Assembly (NCBI GenBank): GCA_963843835.1
Contig: CAWJMD010000004.1
Coordinates: 73,526-137,525 of the forward strand
Length of the DNA: 64,000 nucleotides
Source of the DNA: an uncultured Actinomycetota bacterium
Lineage (GTDB): Bacteria > Actinomycetota > Actinomycetes > Actinomycetales > CAWJMD01
Reading direction: 5' to 3'
Position 1 is the first letter of the stretch. Each line of letters opens with the position of its first letter. Positions 27,865 through 36,720 of the stretch are shown here, one piece after another. Below the pieces are notes generated by a model. It was given only the letters and a program-made list of their open reading frames with translations. It made no database searches and was not told the DNA's origin. The position numbers were made by a program, and so were the translations under genes.

Positions 27865-27927
27865 CACGCTGGGGCACGTTCTCGGTGTCCGGACGCGTCC
27901 TGGACACCGAGAACACGCCCCAACGCG
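27865..27927. promoter_or_regulatory. long inverted repeat in the divergent ldt / zinc-ribbon intergenic region
   Basis: Perfect 13-bp arms gttctcggtgtcc (27878-90) and ggacaccgagaac (27902-14), with imperfect extension to about 26 bp per arm. Confidence 0.5.
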
Positions 27928-27951
27928 AGGGGCGGTGGCTAGTCTCCCGGT

Positions 27952-28125
27952 GTGCCGACCTCCTCGGTGGCGTGCCAGGTCTGCGGCACGCTGTCACCGT
28001 CCGACCCGCCGCCCCTGGGGTGGTCGGGAGGGGTCGACTCCGGGCGGACGACGTGGATCTGTGAGTCGTGCGCCCGCGAGAACATGCGCAGCATCGAAGG
28101 CAAGCTCGACCAGGAGTGGTGGTAG
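27952..28125 (+). CDS. 57-aa zinc-ribbon-like small protein (below the ORF-track length cut-off)
   Basis: GTG 27952 to TAG 28123-25 gives VPTSSVACQVCGTLSPSDPPPLGWSGGVDSGRTTWICESCARENMRSIEGKLDQEWW. 54 of 57 codons end in G/C. Contains CxxC...CxxC. Confidence 0.6.
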   Translation: MPTSSVACQVCGTLSPSDPPPLGWSGGVDSGRTTWICESCARENMRSIEGKLDQEWW

Positions 28126-28182
28126 ACCTCCCTGTCGCGTCCGTCAGCAGGCAGTCCCAGCAACCCGTCCCGAGGGGGATCC

Positions 28183-28887
28183 GTGCGTAGTCAGCTCTTC
28201 GACCAGGCCAACATGCAGCAGCAGAGCGCCGACCGGTGGTCGCTGCAGAACAGCAAGCTGCTGCGTGCCGGGATGGGCCCGGACGTCCTGGCCGCGAAGG
28301 GCGCCATGGTTGCCTACCAGGGCCAGCTGACGTTCGCCCACGAGGGCTCCGGCAGCCTCGGACGCATGGTGCGCCGGATGGTCAGCTCGGACGACGCGCC
28401 CCTGATGCGGGTGTCGGGGCAGGGCGTCTGCTGGTTCGCCCGCCTGGCCGAGGACATCTTCACGCTCGAGCTCGAGGGCGACGCCATCAGCGTCGGCGGC
28501 GCCCACCTGCTGGCCTTCGACGCCGCGCTGAACTGGGACATCAAGCGGGTGCAGGGCATGGGTGCGATGGCGGCGGCGGGCCTGTTCAACACGGTGATCG
28601 AGGGGAGGGGCACGGTCGCGATCACCACCGACGGCCCACCCATGCTGCTCGACTGCTCGCAGCAGCCCACGTTCGTCGACCCGCAGGCGATCATCGCGTG
28701 GTCCGCGAACCTGGTCCCGAACGTCGTGAACTCCATGAACCTGCGCTCGATGCTGCGCGGCGGCTCGGGCGAGGCGTTCCAGCTGGCCTTCCACGGTCCG
28801 GGCTTCGTCGTCGTCCAGCCCAGCGAGGGCGTGACGCCCCCGGCGTCCGGCGGAGGCGGCGGCGGGCTCGGCGCCCTCTTCGGCTGA
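28183..28887 (+). CDS. AIM24-family (DUF124) protein
   Basis: 234 aa with GAMVAYQGQLTF...ISVGGAHLLAFD...GEAFQLAFHGPGFVVVQP and a Gly-rich tail. Confidence 0.85.
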   Translation: MRSQLFDQANMQQQSADRWSLQNSKLLRAGMGPDVLAAKGAMVAYQGQLTFAHEGSGSLGRMVRRMVSSDDAPLMRVSGQGVCWFARLAEDIFTLELEGDAISVGGAHLLAFDAALNWDIKRVQGMGAMAAAGLFNTVIEGRGTVAITTDGPPMLLDCSQQPTFVDPQAIIAWSANLVPNVVNSMNLRSMLRGGSGEAFQLAFHGPGFVVVQPSEGVTPPASGGGGGGLGALFG

Positions 28888-28891
28888 CCGG

Positions 28892-29845
28892 ATGAGCGCC
28901 GCTGTCCGTCCGTTCCGCTTCCTCGCCGACGTCCGCGGCGCCTCGTCCGGCCGTGAGCTGGCCGAGCGTGCACGCCAGGCCGAGGGCTCGGGCGTCGACG
29001 TGCTCGTCATCCCCGACCACCTGCTCGACCAGCTGGCCCCCGTCGCGACGATGGCGACGGTGGCGGCGGCGACCACGACGCTGCGGTTCTCGGCGTTCGT
29101 CCTCAACAACGACCTGCGGCACCCGGCCGTGCTGGCGCAGGAGCTGGCCAGCCTCGACGTGCTCAGCGAGGGCCGGCTCGAGATCGCCATCGGTGCCGGC
29201 TGGAACAAGCCCGAGTACGAGGCGATCGGGCTGCCCTTCGACCCGGTGCCGGTCCGCCAGGCGCGGCTCGCCGAGGCCATCACCGTGCTGAAGGGCTGCT
29301 TCGCGGACGGCCCGTTCAGCTTCGCCGGCGAGCACTACACGATCACCGACTACGACGCCCGGCCGCTGCCCTCGCAGCGCCCGCACCCGCCGTTCTTCGT
29401 CGGTGGCGGCGGGCGGCGCACCCTGACGCTGGCGGGACGGGAGGCGCAGACCGTGGGGCTGGCGCCGCGGATCAAGCCGGGGCCGTCCCTCGACCCCCGC
29501 AGCATCACGGTCGAGGCCACCGCCGAGAAGATCGGCTGGGTCCGCGAGGCGGCGGGGGACCGGTTCGGCGAGATCGAGCTGAACGTCTACCCGTCCTCCA
29601 GCCCGGTCCTGCTGACCGAGAAGCCCCGTCCGCACCTCGAGGAGCTCGCGCAGACGATCGCGAGCCGGACCGGGGTCACGCTCTCGGTCGACGAGCTGGC
29701 CGACTCGCCGCACGTCTTCATCGGCTCGGTGCGGGGGCTGGCCGAGAAGTGGCAGCGCCTGCGCGCCGAGCTGGGCATCAGCTCGGTCATGGTCGGCGAG
29801 GTGGGCGAGCTCGCCCCGGTCGTGGAGCTGCTGGCCGGCTCGTGA
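28892..29845 (+). CDS. LLM-class F420-dependent oxidoreductase
   Basis: FRFLADV...GVDVLVIPDHL...RLEIAIGAGWNKPEYEAIG, a bacterial luciferase-like fold. Confidence 0.85.
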   Translation: MSAAVRPFRFLADVRGASSGRELAERARQAEGSGVDVLVIPDHLLDQLAPVATMATVAAATTTLRFSAFVLNNDLRHPAVLAQELASLDVLSEGRLEIAIGAGWNKPEYEAIGLPFDPVPVRQARLAEAITVLKGCFADGPFSFAGEHYTITDYDARPLPSQRPHPPFFVGGGGRRTLTLAGREAQTVGLAPRIKPGPSLDPRSITVEATAEKIGWVREAAGDRFGEIELNVYPSSSPVLLTEKPRPHLEELAQTIASRTGVTLSVDELADSPHVFIGSVRGLAEKWQRLRAELGISSVMVGEVGELAPVVELLAGS

Positions 29846-29878
29846 GGGGGCCGGCGGCCCAGCGACTACTCTGCGCAC

Positions 29879-31006
29879 GTGGCTGCTGTCGAGTTCCCCG
29901 TCGAGATCCGTGCCCTGCGTCAGACTCTGGAGTCCATCACCGAGGTAACTGACGTCGTGGGCCTGCGCAAGCGCATCGAAGACCTCTCCGAGCAGGCATC
30001 GGCGCCCGACCTGTGGGACGACCCCGACGCGGCCCAGAAGGTCACCAGCGCGCTGTCGCACCTGCAGGCCGAGCTCGAGCGCGTCGAGCGGATGGCGGCC
30101 CGCATCGACGACCTCGAGGTGCTCGTCGAGATGGCGACGGAGGGCGGCGCGGACGCCGGAGCCGCTGAGGCGATGGTGGAGGCCGAGGCGGAGCTCGCCT
30201 CGATCCGCAAGGCGCTGGGCGACCTCGAGGTGCGCACCCTGCTGTCGGGGGACTACGACCCGCGTGAGGCCCTGGTCACGATCCGTGCCGAGGCCGGCGG
30301 CGTGGACGCTGCCGACTTCGCCGAGATGCTGCTGCGGATGTACCTGCGCTGGGCCGAGCGGCACGGGTACAAGGCGGAGGTCTTCGACACGTCCTACGCC
30401 GAGGAGGCGGGCATCAAGTCGGCGACGTTCCGGGTCTCGGCGCCCTACGCCTACGGCACGCTGTCGGTTGAGCAGGGCACCCACCGGCTGGTGAGGATAT
30501 CGCCGTTCGACAACCAGGGACGGCGCCAGACGTCGTTCGCCGGCGTGGAGGTGCTCCCGGACGTGGAGGAGACCGACCACATCGAGATCCCCGAGAACGA
30601 CCTGCGGGTCGACGTGTTCCGCTCGTCGGGGCCAGGGGGGCAGAGCGTCAACACCACGGACTCCGCGGTCCGGCTGACGCACATCCCGAGCGGCATCGTC
30701 GTCTCCTGCCAGAACGAGAAGTCGCAGCTGCAGAACAAGGCGGCCGCGATGCGCGTGATGCAGGCGAAGCTGCTCGAGCGGGCCCGCAAGGAGCGCCAGG
30801 CCGAGCTCGACGCCCTCAAGGGCGACGACTCCGGCAGCTGGGGCAACCAGATGCGGTCGTACGTCCTGCACCCGTACCAGATGGTCAAGGACCTGCGGAC
30901 CGAGCACGAGGTGGGCAACACCAGCGGTGTCTTCGACGGGGACATCGACGACTTCCTGGAGGCCGGGATCCGCTGGCGCCGCCAGACCGAGAAGGCCGCC
31001 GGCTAG
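29879..31006 (+). CDS. prfB: peptide chain release factor 2
   Basis: SPF-region, [23 protein letters not shown] and a single uninterrupted ORF from GTG 29879 (no programmed frameshift site). Confidence 0.95.
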   Translation: MAAVEFPVEIRALRQTLESITEVTDVVGLRKRIEDLSEQASAPDLWDDPDAAQKVTSALSHLQAELERVERMAARIDDLEVLVEMATEGGADAGAAEAMVEAEAELASIRKALGDLEVRTLLSGDYDPREALVTIRAEAGGVDAADFAEMLLRMYLRWAERHGYKAEVFDTSYAEEAGIKSATFRVSAPYAYGTLSVEQGTHRLVRISPFDNQGRRQTSFAGVEVLPDVEETDHIEIPENDLRVDVFRSSGPGGQSVNTTDSAVRLTHIPSGIVVSCQNEKSQLQNKAAAMRVMQAKLLERARKERQAELDALKGDDSGSWGNQMRSYVLHPYQMVKDLRTEHEVGNTSGVFDGDIDDFLEAGIRWRRQTEKAAG

Positions 31007-31007
31007 C

Positions 31008-31029
31008 ACCGGCCGCCCGTCCGCGGCCG
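31008..31029 (+). terminator. stem-loop ccggccgc...gcggccgg after prfB
   Basis: 8-bp perfect stem directly after the prfB stop, with cgtttcg shortly downstream. Confidence 0.5.
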
Positions 31030-31116
31030 GTCGGCGCCGCCCGTTTCGATGGGGTTCCGACACGCCTCCGGTGGCATCCCGTCCGCTCTCGGGAAGCAGA
31101 CGTACACTCGCATCCC

Positions 31117-31806
31117 GTGATCCGATTCGAGCGCGTCTCCAAGGTGTACGACGCCACGTCGCGCCCTGCGCTGAACGACGTGACCCTCGAGATCGAGCGG
31201 GGGGAGTTCGTCTTCCTCGTGGGGGCCTCGGGGTCGGGCAAGTCGACCTTCCTGCAGCTGGTGCTGCGCGAGCAGAAGGCCACCCACGGCACGGTGCACG
31301 TCGCCGGCCGCGACCTGGCGCACCTGTCGTCGTGGAAGGTGCCGCACCTGCGCCGTCAGATCGGTGCGGTGTTCCAGGACTTCCGGCTGCTGCCGAACAA
31401 GACGGTCTACGAGAACGTCGCGTTCGCCCTCCAGGTGATCGGCAAGTCGCGGCACGTGATCGCCCAGACCGTGCCCGAGACCCTCGACCTCGTCGGTCTG
31501 ACCGGCAAGCAGCAGCGCCGCCCGCACGAGCTCTCCGGCGGGGAGCAGCAGCGCGTCGCGATCGCGCGCGCCTTCGTCAACCGTCCAGCGATCCTGCTGG
31601 CCGACGAGCCGACCGGGAACCTCGACCCGACCACGAGCGTCGGGATCATGAAGCTGCTCGACCGCATCAACCGCACCGGCACCACGATCGTGATGGCCAC
31701 GCACGACGACGACATGGTCGACCAGATGCGCAAGCGCGTCGTCGAGCTCGACGAGGGACAGGTCGTCCGCGACGAGTCCCGCGGCGTCTACACCATCAAG
31801 CGCTGA
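31117..31806 (+). CDS. ftsE: cell-division ABC ATPase FtsE
   Basis: [34 protein letters not shown] and [12 protein letters not shown]. Confidence 0.95.
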   Translation: MIRFERVSKVYDATSRPALNDVTLEIERGEFVFLVGASGSGKSTFLQLVLREQKATHGTVHVAGRDLAHLSSWKVPHLRRQIGAVFQDFRLLPNKTVYENVAFALQVIGKSRHVIAQTVPETLDLVGLTGKQQRRPHELSGGEQQRVAIARAFVNRPAILLADEPTGNLDPTTSVGIMKLLDRINRTGTTIVMATHDDDMVDQMRKRVVELDEGQVVRDESRGVYTIKR

Positions 31807-31842
31807 CGACCTCAGCCCACCGACCCCTTCAGAGGCCCCTCC

Positions 31843-32758
31843 ATGCGACTGCAGTTCATCCTCAGCGAGATCGGGATCGGCCTGCGCCGCAACCTTGCGA
31901 TGACGATCTCCCTGATCATCGTGACCTGGGTGTCGATGACCTTCGTTGGCGTCGGCTCTGCTGTCGCAGCGACAGGTCGAGACCGTGCAGGACTACTGGT
32001 ACGACAAGGTCCAGGTCTCGATCTTCCTGTGCACGCCCGACAGCGAGGCGCCGACCTGCGCAGCGGGCGCACCCTCCGAGGCCGTGCGCGCGCAGATCAA
32101 GGCCGACCTGGAGTCGCCCGCGCTCGAGCCGTACGTCGCTGAGGTCTTCTACGAGTCGAAGGCCGACGCCTTCAAGCGGTTCCAGGAGGACTTCAAGGAC
32201 TCGGCGATCGTCGACAACGTCACCGAGGAGCAGATGCCGGAGTCGTACCGGGTCAAGCTCCAGGACCCGGAGAAGTACCAGGTGGTCTCGCAGTTCTTCA
32301 CCGGACGCGAGGGCATCGAGCAGGTGCAGGACCAGCGCGAGCTGCTCGACAAGTTCTTCGGCCTGCTGAACCGGATGACGATCGGGTCGGTGATCCTTGC
32401 CGGGGTGATGCTCGTGGCGGCGGCCCTCCTGCTGGCGACCACGATCCGGTTGGCGGCCTTCAGCCGGCGGCGCGAGACGGGCATCATGCGGCTGGTCGGG
32501 GCCTCGAACACGGTGCTCCAGCTGCCCTTCCTGCTCGAGGGGGTGATCGCCGTGTGCATCGGCACCGGCATCTCGGTGCTGGGTCTGTGGGCGCTCGTCC
32601 AGTACGGGGTGCAGGGCTACCTGGCCGTCGAACTCCCCCTGTTCAAGTACATCCAAGTCGGTGAGGTGTGGACGGTCGCCCCGATACTCTTCGTCATCGG
32701 AATAGCCCTTGCAGGCGTGTCCTCCCTGATCACCTTGTCCCGATACCTCAAGGTGTGA
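31843..32758 (+). pseudogene. ftsX: ftsX interrupted by a one-base frame break near 31952-31955 (real pseudogene or assembly error)
   Basis: The N-terminus MRLQFILSEIGIGLRRNLAMTISLIIVTWVSMTFVGV is in frame 1 (ORF 31843..). The rest, ALLSQRQVETVQDYWYDKVQVSIFLC...LSRYLKV, is in frame 2 (ORF 31946..32758). Removing one G from gtcGGct restores a continuous FtsX. Confidence 0.85.
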
Positions 32759-32834
32759 CGGAGAGCGTGCCGAAGTACCGGGGGTACAAAGTCGCCGAAA
32801 GGTGACGCCGATAACTGCAAGGAGCCTGCTCGCC

Positions 32835-34142
32835 ATGCGACTTCCCCGCAGGGCTACCGGGGTGACGGCGGTGCTGACCGCATTGGTCGTCGCCTCGCTT
32901 CTCGGCGCCGTCGGACCGGTGCACGCCGGACCGCGTGACGAGAAGGCCAAGGTCGACGCCAACATCGACGAGCTCAGCGAGCTCCTCGTCGGCACCTCGA
33001 AGGAGCTGACGGACGCCTACGCCGCCCTTGAGGCGTCGCAGGCGGCTCTCCCCGGCGCCCAGGCGGCCCTGGAGGCGGCCCAGGCTGCGGAGGCCGAGGC
33101 CGAGCGCAAGGACGTCGAGCTCGCCGGACGCCTCGAGGCTGCCCAGCATTCGAAGGCCGAGGCGGAGGCCGAGCTGGCGACGAGCACCCAGGAGATCGCC
33201 GACAGCGAGGCCGCGATCGGACGCCTGGCCGCGGAGGTCTACCGGAGCGGTCACACGTCCACGCAGATGCAGGTCGCGCTCGGGTCGACGACCCCTGACG
33301 ACTTCGCCACCAAGTACGTGCTCGCCGACGCTGTCATGCGCAGCCGCGGTGGGGCGCTCGCCCGGCTCAACGAGACGAAGGCGTTGCGCACGAACGCCGA
33401 GGCCCGGATCGCCGCCGTCGAGGTTCAGGTCGCCGACCTTCGCCAGCAGGCGGCCGACAACCTCGTGGCCGCCGAGGTGGCACGCCAGCAGGCCGCCGAC
33501 GCCAAGGCAGCTGTCGAGACGTTGATCGTCCAGCAGACCCAGGCAACGGCCACGATCGAGGCCCGCAAGGCTGAGGAGACCGCCAGGTTGGCGGAGCTGC
33601 AGGCCGAGCAGGACCGTCTCGCTGCGGAGCTGCGCCGGATCGCTGCCGCCGAGAAGGCCGCCGCCGAGAAGGCGGCACGCGAGGCCGCGGCGCGCAAGCG
33701 AGCCGGCGGAGGCTCGAGCGGTGGGGGTGGTGGGGGCAGCAGCAGCTCGGACGGCACGCTGGCCCGACCGGTGGGCGGTCCCGTCACCTCCGGCTACGGG
33801 TACCGGATCCACCCGATCTACCACACCAAGCGGCTGCACGCGGGCATCGACTTCGGGTCCGCGTGCGGCACCCCGGTGCGGGCTGCCGAGGACGGACGCA
33901 TCGTGAGCGCCGGCTGGGCCGGCGGCTACGGAAACCGGATCGTGGTCAGCCACGGGGTCCTGCGCGGCGAGGGTGTGGCGACGAGCTACAACCACCTCTC
34001 CGCCTACAAGGTCACCTCGGGATCCGTCTCGCGCGGCCAGATCATCGGCTACGTCGGCACGACCGGGTCGTCCACGGGCTGCCACCTGCACTTCGAGGTC
34101 TACGTCAACGGCGACCACGTCAACCCGGCGGGCTGGCTGTAA
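32835..34142 (+). CDS. M23-family peptidoglycan endopeptidase with N-terminal coiled coil (likely FtsEX-controlled hydrolase)
   Basis: Signal/TM region, about 270 aa of Ala/Glu/Gln-rich coiled coil, then HAGIDFG...GYGNRIVVSHG...GCHLHFEV (LytM/M23 motifs). AAGGAG upstream of ATG 32835. Confidence 0.85.
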   Translation: MRLPRRATGVTAVLTALVVASLLGAVGPVHAGPRDEKAKVDANIDELSELLVGTSKELTDAYAALEASQAALPGAQAALEAAQAAEAEAERKDVELAGRLEAAQHSKAEAEAELATSTQEIADSEAAIGRLAAEVYRSGHTSTQMQVALGSTTPDDFATKYVLADAVMRSRGGALARLNETKALRTNAEARIAAVEVQVADLRQQAADNLVAAEVARQQAADAKAAVETLIVQQTQATATIEARKAEETARLAELQAEQDRLAAELRRIAAAEKAAAEKAAREAAARKRAGGGSSGGGGGGSSSSDGTLARPVGGPVTSGYGYRIHPIYHTKRLHAGIDFGSACGTPVRAAEDGRIVSAGWAGGYGNRIVVSHGVLRGEGVATSYNHLSAYKVTSGSVSRGQIIGYVGTTGSSTGCHLHFEVYVNGDHVNPAGWL

Positions 34143-34183
34143 TCACGTCGGCCGTGGCCGTGCCACGCACGTAGACTTGTCCG

Positions 34184-34663
34184 ATGCCCAAGAAGGACCC
34201 CTCCGGACGTCAGGTCGTCGCCAGCAACCGCAAGGCGCGGCACGACTACCACATCGACGACGTCTACGAGGCGGGCCTCGTGCTCACCGGCACCGAGGTC
34301 AAGGCCCTGCGGATGGGCCGGGCGTCGCTCATCGACGGGTGGGCGTCCATCGACGGTGGCGAGGCCTGGCTCGAGGGCGTCCACATCCCGGAGTACACCG
34401 AGGGCACCTGGAACAACCACGCCCCACGCCGCAAGCGCAAGCTGCTGCTGCACCGCGAGCAGATCGACAAGCTGGCCAGCCGCAGCACCGACAAGGGCTA
34501 CACGATCGTCCCGCTGTCGCTGTACTTCAAGGACGGCCGCGCGAAGGTCGAGATCGCGCTCGCACGAGGCAAGCGCGAGTACGACAAGCGCCACACGCTG
34601 CGCGAGCGCCAGGACAACCGCGAGGCCGAGCGCGCGATGTCACTGCGGCGCCAGCGCGACTAG
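34184..34663 (+). CDS. smpB: SsrA-binding protein SmpB
   Basis: [29 protein letters not shown]...[11 protein letters not shown]. Confidence 0.95.
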   Translation: MPKKDPSGRQVVASNRKARHDYHIDDVYEAGLVLTGTEVKALRMGRASLIDGWASIDGGEAWLEGVHIPEYTEGTWNNHAPRRKRKLLLHREQIDKLASRSTDKGYTIVPLSLYFKDGRAKVEIALARGKREYDKRHTLRERQDNREAERAMSLRRQRD

Positions 34664-34679
34664 ATGTACTGACCGGGCC

Positions 34680-35924
34680 TCAGCACGGGGGCACCTTCTC
34701 GTAGTAGTCGGTGCCGGTGCGGGCGACCGACGTCGTCACGTAGGTGTTCCACAGACCCAGGTCGTCGCCGGAGCCCAGCGCGTACGCGTGGCCGCCCGAC
34801 TGGTAGGCCCGGCCCGCCTGGGTGTGGGCGTAGTTGCTGGACGTGAAGCACTCCGCCGGTTGCGTGGTGGTGGGGGACGGGGTCGTCGGTGAGGGCTCGG
34901 GCTGCGAGCCCGTCAGTCCCCAGAACTGCGCCGTGTACCAGCTCGAGCACAGCGTGTCGGCGAAGTACGCACCCGCTGTGCCGCACTGGGTCTGACCCGG
35001 TCCCGGGTCGTTCGGTGCGGCGTGGCCCATGCCGTTGACGGTGAAGGTGGAGACCACGACGCGGCCGCCGTAGGCGTAGTCGGCCCGGGAGGTCCCGCCC
35101 GGTAGTGAGGACGTGGCTGTCGGGGTCTGGCCGATGCCGTGCACGTTCGTCCACTGGTCGCGGGAGGCGGTGGCGTTCGCCGGGACGACCGTCGTGTCGG
35201 CCGTGCCGTGCCAGATCGCCACCTGCGGCCAGCTGGTGGTGCCGGACGGTGCCGCCGTGCGGACGGCGTCGCCCCACACCGTGGGAGTGCGCGATGGCGG
35301 AGACGACTGGCAGGCGAACGCCTCGGCCATCGACATGGCGCAGCCGACGGGGATGCCGGCGATGATCGAGCCGCCGGCGAAGACGTCGGGGTACGCCGCC
35401 AGCAGCGCGGACGTCATCGCGCCGCCGGCGGAGAGCCCGGTGACGTAGGTACGAGCCGGATCCGTCCCCCAGGTGCTGCGCGCGTAGGCGACCATCGACG
35501 CGACCGAGGCGGCCTCACCCTGGCCCCGCGTGATGTCGGACGGCTGGAACCAGTTGAAGCACCTGCTGCTGTTGTTGGTGCTCGACTGCTGCGGGAACAC
35601 GACGGCGAGCCCCAGGTCGTCGGCGACCTCCGTCCAGCCGGAGCCGGCGGCGTAGCCGCCCGCGTCCTGCGTGCAGCCGTGCAGCGCCACCACGAGCGGG
35701 GCGCCGGCGGGCAGGTTCGCCGGGCGGTACCCGTACATCTGCAGTGCGCCCGGGTTCGAGCCGAACGAGGGCACGGCCGTCGGGGCGCCGGCGGCGGACG
35801 CCGACCCGCCCGGAAGGGCGAGCAGGATCCCGACGAGAACGGCCGCGCACGCCGCCGCGAGCAGGTGGCCCCTCCGCCGCGCGTGCGGCAACCGGAGCGT
35901 GTGGCGACCGGTGGGTGCAGACAT
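34680..35924 (-). CDS. secreted PHB-depolymerase-family esterase with Thr/Pro linker and C-terminal Cys-containing domain
   Basis: FGSNPGALQMYGYRP, VALHGCTQ, GLSAGGAM (GxSxG), linker PSPTTPSPTTT, C-terminal domain CFTSSNYAHTQAGRA. ATG 35924 with GGAGAAGG upstream. Confidence 0.8.
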   Translation of the reverse strand: MSAPTGRHTLRLPHARRRGHLLAAACAAVLVGILLALPGGSASAAGAPTAVPSFGSNPGALQMYGYRPANLPAGAPLVVALHGCTQDAGGYAAGSGWTEVADDLGLAVVFPQQSSTNNSSRCFNWFQPSDITRGQGEAASVASMVAYARSTWGTDPARTYVTGLSAGGAMTSALLAAYPDVFAGGSIIAGIPVGCAMSMAEAFACQSSPPSRTPTVWGDAVRTAAPSGTTSWPQVAIWHGTADTTVVPANATASRDQWTNVHGIGQTPTATSSLPGGTSRADYAYGGRVVVSTFTVNGMGHAAPNDPGPGQTQCGTAGAYFADTLCSSWYTAQFWGLTGSQPEPSPTTPSPTTTQPAECFTSSNYAHTQAGRAYQSGGHAYALGSGDDLGLWNTYVTTSVARTGTDYYEKVPPC

Positions 35925-36098
35925 GGGGGTACCCGCCTTCTCCGGCGACGGCGCCGGACCGCCCAAGCTAGGACGAAGCGGGCAGGGAGTCCACGTGTCC
36001 GTCGCACACGTCCCGGGAGATCGGATGTGCCGACCGACCGTTGCACGGAGTAGCCTGTAGACGTCCGGTGAGCGTTGCCGGGCGTTGACAAGTCCACA

Positions 36099-36463
36099 GG
36101 GGGTGACAGGTTTCGACGTCGGATGTCGAACTAGGGGAAGCGGGTCGAGGACGCGGGGTTATCTCGTTAACGCCCTCCGCAAACCATAGGTGCCGATTCC
36201 AAGCGCACCGACTTCGCACTCGCCGCCTGAGCGAGTCCTGAAGTCCGTCAGCCCGGGAGTGCTCCCGACCCGGTAGCTGGCGTCATCTAGGGGGCCACTG
36301 CTCTCAGCACTCGTCGTCGGTGCTGGGGGGACTCTCAGACGACTGGGCCCGTCAGCGGACATGCTCGCGTGAGCGCTGGGGCCGAGAAAATCCATAGCGA
36401 GCTGCACCCGGAGAAGCCCTAGGGGTACGACGACGGACGCGGGTTCGATTCCCGCCACCTCCA
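36099..36463 (+). ncRNA. ssrA: tmRNA (SsrA)
   Basis: 5' GGGGGUGACAGGUUUCGACG pairs with 3' CACCUCC before discriminator A. T-arm GGGUUCGAUUCCCGCC. Tag ORF gcc gat tcc aag cgc acc gac ttc gca ctc gcc gcc tga (36192-36230) encodes ADSKRTDFALAA. CCA is not encoded. Confidence 0.9.
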
Positions 36464-36517
36464 CGACGAGACCGACCGAGAGGTTCGCGACAGAGCGAGC
36501 CGTTCTCGACACGGACA

Positions 36518-36542
36518 GGTCCAGCCGCGCCGCGGCTGGGCC
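36518..36542 (+). terminator. tmRNA terminator hairpin
   Basis: ggtccagccgcg / cgcggctgggcc stem followed by tgtttcgcgtt. Confidence 0.6.
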
Positions 36543-36720
36543 TGTTTCGCGTTCCGGAGGCGCTCAGCCGGAGTTCTGTGAGTGCCAGTCCCGCATGTGC
36601 CCTGCGTGGGTGGGGAGATGGGCGCCGGGTCCGCTGGTGGTGTCCGACGGGCCCGACGAGACCATCACGGTAGCGGCGGGCGACCCGCCGGCGACAGGGA
36701 CGTCGCCCTGCACGCCCGGT

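Noticed and set aside
27743-27951. Possible ydaO / cyclic-di-AMP riboswitch upstream of the cell-wall enzyme operon
   Set aside because: Fragments such as ggtagaggg and gcggtgaac resemble pieces of the motif. However, the conserved blocks as I recall them are neither all present nor in the right order. A covariance-model scan would be needed to revive this.
29879-29990. Programmed +1 frameshift site in prfB
   Set aside because: The gene is a single continuous ORF from GTG 29879, with no in-frame early UGA. This is usual for actinobacterial prfB.
36159-36512. 117-aa ORF on the minus strand
   Set aside because: It lies entirely inside the tmRNA gene.
36099-36720. tmRNA 3' end as the attachment site of an integrated island
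   Set aside because: No integrase gene follows. A normal terminator sits right after ssrA. By visual scan I found no second copy of the ssrA 3' end (ttcgattcccgccacctcc) in the window. The accessory character of the downstream region is reported separately.
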